Shown: one piece after another, positions 55,065 to 64,000 of the stretch
Layout of the letters: every line of letters begins with the position of its first letter
Numbering within the stretch: the stretch's first letter is position 1
Source of the DNA: Octopus bimaculoides
Taxonomy: Eukaryota
Assembly (NCBI RefSeq): GCF_001194135.2
Contig: NC_068992.1
Coordinates: 29,612,446-29,676,445, forward strand
DNA length: 64,000 bases
Direction of reading: 5' to 3'
The notes under the pieces: model-generated
Databases searched by the model: none
Told to the model about the DNA's origin: nothing
What the model saw: only the letters and a program-made list of their open reading frames with translations
Translations under genes and position numbers: made by a program

Positions 55065-55386
55065 GTGAAGGCGTGTGACTTAGTGGTTAGAGTATTCAGC
55101 TCTGGATCGACGGACATGATTTCAAAAACCGGCAGCGCGTAGTGGCCTTGAGCAAGACACTTTATTTTACGTTACTCCGGTCCCCTCATCTGACAAAAAT
55201 AAGTAGAACCTGTAATTCAAAGAGCCAACCTTGTCACATTCTGTGTGAGGCTGAATCACCCTAAGAACTACGTTTAGGGTGGACTGTCTGAGAAGTGCTC
55301 AGACACTCGCACGTTAATTTCACGATCAGGTAGTTCCGTTGATTGGATCAAACGGAACCCTCATCGTCTTAACCGACGGAATGCCA
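55065..55386 (+). mobile_element. Diverged family-A-related SINE
   Basis: tRNA-like head GAAGGCGTGTGACTTAGTGGTTAG; 3' part CTTGTCACA...GCACGTTAATTTCACGA...GATCAA...CGACGGAATGCCA matches family A. Confidence 0.75.
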
Positions 55387-55412
55387 TACAGGCCAAAATA
55401 TACATCACTTAT

Positions 55413-55640
55413 GCGGTGAGCTGACAGAAACTTTAGCACGCCGGGCTGCTTAGGGGTATTTCGTCTGCCGCTACGTTCTGAGTTCAAATTTCACCGAGGT
55501 CGACTTTGCCTTTCATCCTTTCATGTTCGATTAAATAAGTACCAGTTATACACTGACATCGATGTAATCGACTTCATCCCTTTGTCTGTCCTTGTTTGTC
55601 CCTTCTATGTTTAGCACTCTGTGAGCAATAAGGGCATAAA
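55413..55640 (+). mobile_element. Family-B SINE, well preserved
   Basis: GCGGTGAGCTGACAGAAAC.TTAGCACGCCGGGC...GTTCTGAGTTCAAAT...GAGGTCGACTTTGCCTTTCATCCTTTC. Confidence 0.88.
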
Positions 55641-56419
55641 TATATTTTACTTATACTTAAAACAACATCTTATACTACATAGTCAATTCGTTTTCTCTGT
55701 GAAGATATTGTTTGTCAGCAAAATATCTATTATATTTTGTATCAAACATATCTTCTCTGTGGTGATAACTGTATGCATGGTTAAATCCATATCTTTATAT
55801 ATATATATATATAATTACCAGAAATGAAGTATTTAATAACAAAATCTATAATATTTTAAAATAATACTGAGCATGAGCAAAAGGATGCGATGTTGCTCAA
55901 GGAATAAGATCTACGTGTATTAATGCACAATGGTACGCAAATTACCATGAGTACATAAGACATTGTACGACGATGGTGTGTCACATAAGTGGGCGACGTT
56001 AGAAAAATACTTGAAGTTGATTAGGGGATAGGGAAAAGGTATAATGCATAACCTTGGCATATAGGAGAAATTAAATAAAAATGAGGGAAAATATTTGAAT
56101 AACTTATACCAATTAACTGAAAGACTATAATGGTAATAATATATATGTGTGTGTGCGTGTTTGTGTGTCTGTACATGTGTATGTGTGCGTACGTGCATCT
56201 CTGTGTGCGTATCTGTGTGCGTCTGCGTGTGTTTATGTGTATGTGTGTATATACATATATTTGATTTTACAGAAGGTTTGCACAAGTTCATATATTTTTG
56301 ATTAATTAACTGTCATAGGTCGTTCGAATTGCACATGTTGATAGAATAAGTCTTGTATATAAACGTAATACTTAGCAAAGATACCATTATAAAGAATGTG
56401 TCTGATGTAACATTGCATC

Positions 56420-56574
56420 GAGCTTCAGTCAGATTTCCACAATTCCCTCCTCCAAATCGAGTCCAGCTGTGCAGAAGTCCTTGCGGATTGTGATTGCTCT
56501 GTTAGCGAGAATCACTTGCCTCACTCGCTGGGGATTCGTGTCGCATATCGCAATCGATAGTAGCCCAATGTGTA
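56420..56574 (-). mobile_element. Possible mariner transposase HTH remnant
   Basis: GLLSIAICDTNPQRVRQVILANRAITIR resembles GRPSTAVTDENIERVRxxILENRRITIR. Confidence 0.42.
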
Positions 56575-57398
56575 CTTTCTCTTCAGAATTGGCATCCTCT
56601 GTCGTCAATGGTGTTATTTCTGTACATCTGTAGATGTTCCACAAACTGAACTCTTCCTTAGTCAAGAAATCATTGATGGCACTTTGTTTCTGTTTGGATG
56701 GCACTATTCGCTTAAAACAAAGAACATATACTCGAAGAGAGTTCATGTAGAGAAATATTGACCCTACAAACAATGATTGACTCTACAAGAAATTTTGATT
56801 CTACTATCCGAGTGACCCCTGTTAGCCATTGAAAAATTTATGTTCAGAATGTCCACGTTTGCATTACTTTCGGCGAAACCTTCCAATATATCACCTGCAG
56901 CTACGTATCAAATCAAACGAATGTCTAAACATGTCATGCATGAAAGTGTTAAACAGGAAAGCAGAGTCATATGACAAGTAACAGTTAACAAGCAAAAAGA
57001 AAGCTAATCTCCAGAAAGTAGTCAGTTACAAAATCTATTCGAAACAAAACTATTGTGATAAATGTCACTGCACGAGTGGTAATTCTTGAATTAAAATCTT
57101 CTGTAATATTTCCCTCTGACCTATGAACATTTTATTGTTAGCTGAGAATCATAACAGCAGTCACTTTATTGAGACATTCATACGTTTTTAATACTAAATC
57201 ATTGACTTTTTTAATGATATGATTCGACTACAAGGTCTATCATTGGATTCATGCCATTGTTCGTTTATATTCACAGAATATTCACTAACACTGGTTTAGA
57301 GGTAGTATGGCGCATATATTCATATTCAGAGTGCCGAACATCTAGAGATGTACAGAAATATCACCGTTGACAACAGAGGAAGCTAATTATGAAGAGAA
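56575..57398. mobile_element. Probable MITE of about 820 bp bounded by 63-bp inverted repeats
   Basis: 56577-56639 vs reverse complement of 57336-57398: 56/63 identical; TA at 56573-56574 and 57399-57400. Confidence 0.6.
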
Positions 57399-57957
57399 TA
57401 TATATTCATATTCCGTTCTAACAGCCGAATTACATTGCTAACGTGTAGTTAATTCAGACAATGTGATCTATCATGTATGAATATATATACATACATATAC
57501 ACACATACATACACATACCTACATACATACACACACACACACACACACGCATATATATATTTATGTATATGCATGTATGTATATATTGATACGTTTCATT
57601 ATGGTTTATTTCTTAAACTATAGCAGCAATGGTTATACATTTTCCCAATGAGTCAATAACCACTTCACAATATCTATATCGGCCAAAGGATTGGCGACTG
57701 GCGATGCGCTTCGACAAATATGGGCCACAAAATATTTCGCTTCATGCATTATATTTGTTGATTTTTCTTCTATTGGAGTATATAAAGACATTACTATACA
57801 CACGCACCTACATCGAGATACAGATTTCTCATTCTCGCATACTTAAAATCTATTTGCAAGTAGTTTATAGCTAAATACTGTCTGACTATGCAATGTGTCT
57901 ATGCATACATGTATGTGCGTATGAATATGTGTTCGTATGCATACATGTATTATGTGC

Positions 57958-58005
<48 letters not shown>

Positions 58006-58585
58006 ACACAGGTATACACAGACATACATAAACGCATACATATGTGTGTATACACTATTGTTGTTTTCGTTCCAGTTACATTGAACGGGCATCTATGAGT
58101 AGTTGCTCGACGAAATTCCGTACAGTTGCATCTATCAAATTTCACGTGACTGAGAAATGAATTTTTGAAGGCACAACCAAATCGCACGTCACAGATATGA
58201 CTACAGCAGTACTATATTACATTAGACATTCCATGGGAAATCCCTTTACACTATTTAATGTTTTGTTGCAAAATCTTGCCTGACAATTCGGCGTTTCTAA
58301 GCAATTAATTAAGATCTACTTTTATAATATTCGAGACGATATTCATTTAAAATAGGATTTCTGGGGCCTGCTAAATCTCTCATGAGATTTTACAAACATG
58401 AATTATTTTAGAGCACGTGTTAAATATATACACACACATGATATGCACACAGCCATACATACAAATATTATATATGTGTGCGTGTGATTTTGTGTGTGCG
58501 GGGGTGTTTACACACACACATATCTGTATATACACACATATGTTTATATATAAACATATATACAAATATATGTCTCTCTCTTTCT

Positions 58586-58622
<37 letters not shown>

Positions 58623-59946
58623 TATATATACATACTTACATTTATACATTCATACATACGTATATATGAGTATANNNNNNNNNNNNNNNNNNNNNNNNNN
58701 NNNNNNNNNNNNNNNNNNNNNNNATATATATATATATATATATACATACATATATACACAGACAAAAAGAAAAAGAGAGAAAGCGTGAAAGTAGAACAAA
58801 GATGTTTACTTTATTGTAGTCACGTGGAGTTTTATATTCCAACAATTATAACAAAAGTTATAATTATTATGAAAATGATTTTAGAGTGACACCACAGGTG
58901 TATGGCTTACCAAATGTATTTGATTTGGTAGCTAAACATCAGTATCATGTTGAATCTAAGTATATCTTGGATTTTGATACTATGTTTGTGCACTGTTATA
59001 GAATTCAATTCCACTTGCGTGTATAGCCTATACTACTTAATATAAACGACAGATCATGGTGAATAAAACTTGTGTTTTAGCTTCGTCAGTGATATATGTT
59101 AGGCATTGGTCCTCAGTTTCAACAACATAACTTCAGATTCAAGAGGAAACGATAAAACAGCGGTAGAAATAATCCTAGAATGCGAAATACATACAAAATG
59201 TATTACTAAAGCAGATGAAGCTATCAGTCAAAGCCACCACAGAATCCTTGTAGTTGCACTTGTTTAGCGTCATGTAAAGCCTGATGAAGCAGACATATAA
59301 AAAAAGAAAAACATCTCTGATCTGATCATCCTATATTTCTAATGAGTATATAGGGCTAAATTGTTCAATGTGCAATGGTGTCTTTTTTATTTAGGAGGAT
59401 CGGGTGACATTCATGAATGAATTAGCTAGTATTTCGCCCTGTGATACGTTGAGGGTCCCACATCCACTTCGCTAAAATGCTGATTTTATCAATGTTGTTA
59501 TGTCGTGGTACACTCCGACTGAGCAGACCTGTGTTAAGAGTTATTCCAGGCATAACTATCTCATCGTTCTCTCGTTAATAGTGTAAGCTTCCGTCATCCA
59601 TCATGGCTCACCTATTTCTAGACCACAGTGTGTAATTTGACAGTTGCATGGCTGTTACTAGATGTCATATACCAGCCCATTGGTTCACTCGTCACTTTGT
59701 TCGAAATTAAAAATCAATTAAACTGGGTTAACAATTTAATAATTTATCTACTTGAAAATTAATTACATCCTGAAACTGGGCACCTGAGCAAACCTAATCA
59801 ACAAATATTCGCATTCTATATGTAGGCTATCATAGTTTCCTCTCTAGCTACAAGTAACTGGTTGCTAATCGGACACACAACAGAATAATAATGGATGAGC
59901 TCCATATGCTGATGTTCGTCTTGGCAGTTGTGGCTTATTAGCTAAA

Positions 59947-60137
59947 TACTCTTTGCTATTATAGGCACAAGGCTCGATTAGATTCATGCCAGTAAGCAAC
60001 TGGTACTTAATTTATCGACCCCGAAAGGATGAAAGGCAAAGTCAACCTCGGCAGAACTTGAACTCGGAATGTAGAGACGAACGCCATACCGCTAAGCAGT
60101 TCGCCCGGCGTGCTAAAGTTTCTGCCAGCGTGCTGCC
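59947..60137 (-). mobile_element. Family-B SINE about 260 nt downstream of the Ig exon, sense to the gene
   Basis: GCTGGCAGAAACTTTAGCACGCCGGGCGAA...GAGTTCAAGTTCTGCCGAGGTTGACTTTGCCTTTCATCCTTTCGGGGTCGATAAATTAAGTACCAG. Confidence 0.88.
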
Positions 60138-60396
60138 TTTTATTAGATAAATACTAAACATTTAATTATATTAATTGATTATTAATAGCTTACATATTAG
60201 TGCTGGGTGCTTATATTGAAATCTCGCTGTTGGAGACAAGCCATAAAAAAAACAAAAAAACTTTTGATTAGGATCAGAATCTATAGGAGGCGTTATATTT
60301 ACAAGCAATAGCTGGAGGGTATCCTATGCATTTATTCTGTTCAAGCATATGACTTCAGAAACTATAAAATAAAAGAATGAAAACCGGAGGACTTAC

Positions 60397-60601
60397 CTAC
60401 AACTCGTAACATGATATGTCGTATTAGCTGATGGACAGAAGAGACTTGACACTCGTACACACCGGCATGCCTAGGTTGCACATTTCTTATGATTAGGTTC
60501 CAGTTAGTTGCCTGATGACTGACCCCTATGTACGGATCGTCAGCGAATTTTTCTCTCCCGACGGTTAGAGGGTTCGGGTCACTCGCCTTCCGCCACACAA
60601 C
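60397..60601 (-). CDS. Internal coding exon of an Ig-superfamily (Dpr/zig-8-like) cell-surface protein; second part of the first Ig domain
   Basis: Acceptor TTACAG|GTT at 60603-60601 and donor G|GTAAGT at 60397/60396. 205 nt = 68 codons + 1 (phase 0 in, phase 1 out). Translation VVWRKASDPNPLTVGREKFADDPYIGVSHQATNWNLIIRNVQPRHAGVYECQVSSVHQLIRHIMLRVV carries the Ig C-strand W, WNLxI and AGVYECQV motifs. PLTVG and an intron just before VxW match my recollection of Dpr-type Ig1. Confidence 0.92.
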
Positions 60602-60879
60602 CTGTAATACACAGAGTAGTATCGATTTTAATAAGAGTGCATTTAATGATATGCATTTTTGTAACACAGAGTAGAATACAAACCAAAGATACAAGAGAAA
60701 TATTTTTTGGAGATAAAAAGAAATGCATGAATGCATTCTATAACTTAGTCTTGCGTATTTTTTTATTGCAATATTTACTGAAGGAGAAAGAATGAAGTAT
60801 TTTATAGAAAATCATTGGTTTGATATAAACATGAGATATTTATGAATGCATTGAAATATATGGGTATGCATATATCTAT

Positions 60880-60919
<40 letters not shown>

Positions 60920-61541
60920 NNNNNNNNNNNNNNNNNNNNNNNNNNNNNNNNNNNNNNNNNNNNNNNNNNNNNNNNNNNNNNNNNNNNNNNNNNNNNNNNN
61001 NNNNNNNNNNNNNNNNNNNNNNNNNNNNNNNNNNNNNNNNNNNNNNNNNNNNNNNNNNNNNNNNNNNNNNNNNNNNNNNNNNNNNNNNNNNNNNNNNNNN
61101 NNNNNNNNNNNNNNNNNNNNNNNNNNNNNNNNNNNNNNNNNNNNNNNNNNNNNNNNNNNNNNNNNNNNNNNNNNNNNNNNNNNNNNNNNNNNNNNNNNNN
61201 NNNNNNNNNNNNNNNNNNNNNNNNNNNNNNNNNNNNNNNNNNNNNNNNNNNNNNNNNNNNNNNNNNNNNNNNNNNNNNNNNNNNNNNNNNNNNNNNNNNN
61301 NNNNNNNNNNNNNNNNNNNNNNNNNNNNNNNNNNNNNNNNNNNNNNNNNNNNNNNNNNNNNNNNNNNNNNNNNNNNNNNNNNNNNNNNNNNNNNNNNNNN
61401 NNNNNNNNNNNNNNNNNNNNNNNNNNNNNNNNNNNNNNNNNNNNNNNNNNNNNNNNNNNNNNNNNNNNNNNNNNNNNNNNNNNNNNNNNNNNNNNNNNNN
61501 NNNNNNNNNNNNNNNNNNNNNNNNNNNNNNNNNNNNNNNNN

Positions 61542-61554
<13 letters not shown>

Positions 61555-61594
<40 letters not shown>

Positions 61595-61745
61595 ATGTGT
61601 GTGTGTGTGTGTGTGTATGTATGCGTTTCTTATTTGTGTCTGTGTTCGTCCCCCACCATCGCTTGACAACATATGTTAGCGTGTTTACGTCCCCGTAACT
61701 TAGCGGGCGATTCGGCAAAAGGGATCGATAGAATACGTACTAGGA
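61555..61745 (+). mobile_element. Family-C SINE central fragment with expanded (TA)n(TG)n
   Basis: GTCCCCCACCATCGCTTGACAAC...GTTTACGTCCCCGTAACTTAGCGG...TTCGGCAAAA. Confidence 0.8.
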
Positions 61746-63108
61746 AGGAAAACGTGGACTCACCGCCAAAGTGTCCACTAAAGAAAAGGAAGGAAAATAA
61801 ACGGGAAGAGACACAACACAACAGGAGATTCCAACAATATCAACAAATGAAATCAACCTAGAATATTAAGTGGAAATACAGGAAGAAGTAACAAAAATAA
61901 AAAAATAAAATAAAAAGAAGAACCAAAAAAGTAATGGTTTATGGTGACGTATTCGGAAAACACGGAAATTGAAAAGAAAATAACCAAAATGAAGTCGGTT
62001 GTGATAGTGAAGTTAACAACGGAATATTATCCAGAGAACATCAAGGCAATTGTAATTGACCAAGAGAGATGTGCAAGATTGAAAGAATTATTCGGAAATA
62101 AGATAGACCCAACAGGAGCACATGTGGAGTTTGACGACTTGCCGCCTGTAATAGATTATGAGAACCTAATACCGTATATGATGAAATAGTGAAAAAAAAA
62201 AAGAGGAAAGAAACAAAAAGAGAACATAGTAAGTAAATGTTTAGAATTTTATGACTATAAAACTGATACAAAAGGGAAAAAAGAAAAAAAAGATATAAAA
62301 ACATTTAAAATGATACTGCTTGCGTGTGGGGAGCATGCGGCCATTTCACCTCCGTTATTATAATTCATCCTTCAGTCGTTCGTTCTGTGTTTTATGTCCC
62401 CACTGTAGTGTCCTGTCTGTCTTAGTGATGTCACCTCTGTGTTATGGGCGTAGTGCCAAAATAATCATCTTGTTGGTAGCAATTCACTGTAAGCCTTTGA
62501 TATAGCGCGTTGAGTTTCGTGTAATACTAATAGTAGTGCGTCGTGTATATAATTTCTTCCACTACTTCGTTATATTATAGGTCCAATACAAGGATATAAA
62601 AGTATATATGTATGTGTGTGTATATNNNNNNNNNNNNNNNNNNNNNNNNNNNNNNNNNNNNNNNNNNNNNNNNNNNNNNNNNNNNNNNNNNNNNNNNNNN
62701 NNNNNNNNNNNNNNNNNNNNNNNNNNNNNNNNNNNNNNNNNNNNNNNNNNNNNNNNNNNNNNNNNNNNNNNNNNNNNNNNNNNNNNNNNNNNNNNNNNNN
62801 NNNNNNNNNNNNNNNNNNNNNNNNNNNNNNNNNNNNNNNNNNNNNNNNNNNNNNNNNNNNNNNNNNNNNNNNNNNNNNNNNNNNNNNNNNNNNNNNNNNN
62901 NNNNNNNNNNNNNNNNNNNNNNNNNNNNNNNNNNNNNNNNNNNNNNNNNNNNNNNNNNNNNNNNNNNNNNNNNNNNNNNNNNNNNNNNNNNNNNNNNNNN
63001 NNNNNNNNNNNNNNNNNNNNNNNNNNNNNNNNNNNNNNNNNNNNNNNNNNNNNNNNNNNNNNNNNNNNNNNNNNNNNNNNNNNNNNNNNNNNNNNNNNNN
63101 NNNNNNNN

Positions 63109-63177
<69 letters not shown>

Positions 63178-63719
63178 GGAGTGGAAGAGAGGAGAATAAG
63201 AAAGAAATAATGTGAGTAAAATTAAAATAAACGTGTGTCGGGGGTGTGCCTGCATATATACTGAACTTCCATAAAATACATTTTGATAATCTCGGAAGAA
63301 TAAATACTCTATGTCTCAACGTAAAGCAAAAATAAAAATGTCCATATTGGAAAAAAATGTAGTTAATACCATTCACTGACGAGCTATCATAGGATTTATT
63401 AGTTTTGTATCTAAACACATGGTGTCTCGTGTCGACGATGGAAGAGAGAAATAAACATTCGACAGGAATTTAGAGCATGAATATTTCGAAGAAATACAGC
63501 ACTGTATTATGGTCATCAGTATAATGACTCTATCAAATTATCATGATAGAAGTTATTTCCAACAACCACAAGGGAGTGGCAGGTTATGATGTTGTCGTAG
63601 TGATGACGGGAGAAATTAAGCTCACTGGGATTTGATGCCAGAATACACGGGAAGAAACTAATAACACAAGGCCTTTCAAAAGTGAAAGGTTTGGCAAAAT
63701 TCCGGACATTTTAAGGGAA

Positions 63720-63900
63720 GAAAGATTATTGATGGCATCGAAGCCAGTACTTGGTTGATGGATAATTTATGGACTCCGAATGAATGATGGTAAATTTCAC
63801 TTCAACCGAAATTGAATTCAGAACGTGAGAGCCAGAATAGATATGAAACATTTCTTTAGTCACCCTAACAATTCTTCCAAATCGCTGCACGCCTTCTGCT
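63720..63900 (-). mobile_element. Degraded family-B SINE
   Basis: Reverse complement of GTTCTGAATTCAATTTCGG and AAATTATCCATCAACCAAGTACTGG. Confidence 0.5.
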
Positions 63901-64000
63901 ACAATACCCCCGCTCCCCCTCATCCTCGTCCTCCTCGGCGTCGTCATCCTCCACCTCCTCTACCTCTCCACCATCCCTCTCATCTTACATCCCCGCCCTC

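Overview
AT-rich animal genomic DNA, dense in microsatellites, with 12 N-gaps. The SINE, LINE and microsatellite landscape resembles an octopus genome (inference from repeat style, not verified). One host coding exon is well supported: a 205-nt minus-strand exon (60397-60601) with canonical AG/GT splice sites. It encodes the C-terminal two-thirds of a Dpr/zig-8-like Ig domain. I could not find the neighbouring exons, so most of the window is probably intron of that gene. The rest is a transposon graveyard. It holds three tRNA-type SINE families, fragments of Tx1/L1, R4/Dong, CR1, RTE and Penelope retroelements, a Gypsy LTR-gag remnant, Helitron ends and several MITEs. The most striking structures are a young 530-bp element with 83-bp TIRs, GG termini and an intact 8-bp TSD, and an array of about 8 same-strand SINEs in 2 kb. 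Almost all ORFs in the supplied track are microsatellite or N-gap artefacts. I found no convincing novel multi-gene system; the findings are mostly mobile-element architecture plus the Ig exon. TE family calls come from motif recall, not database searches, and most boundaries are approximate.
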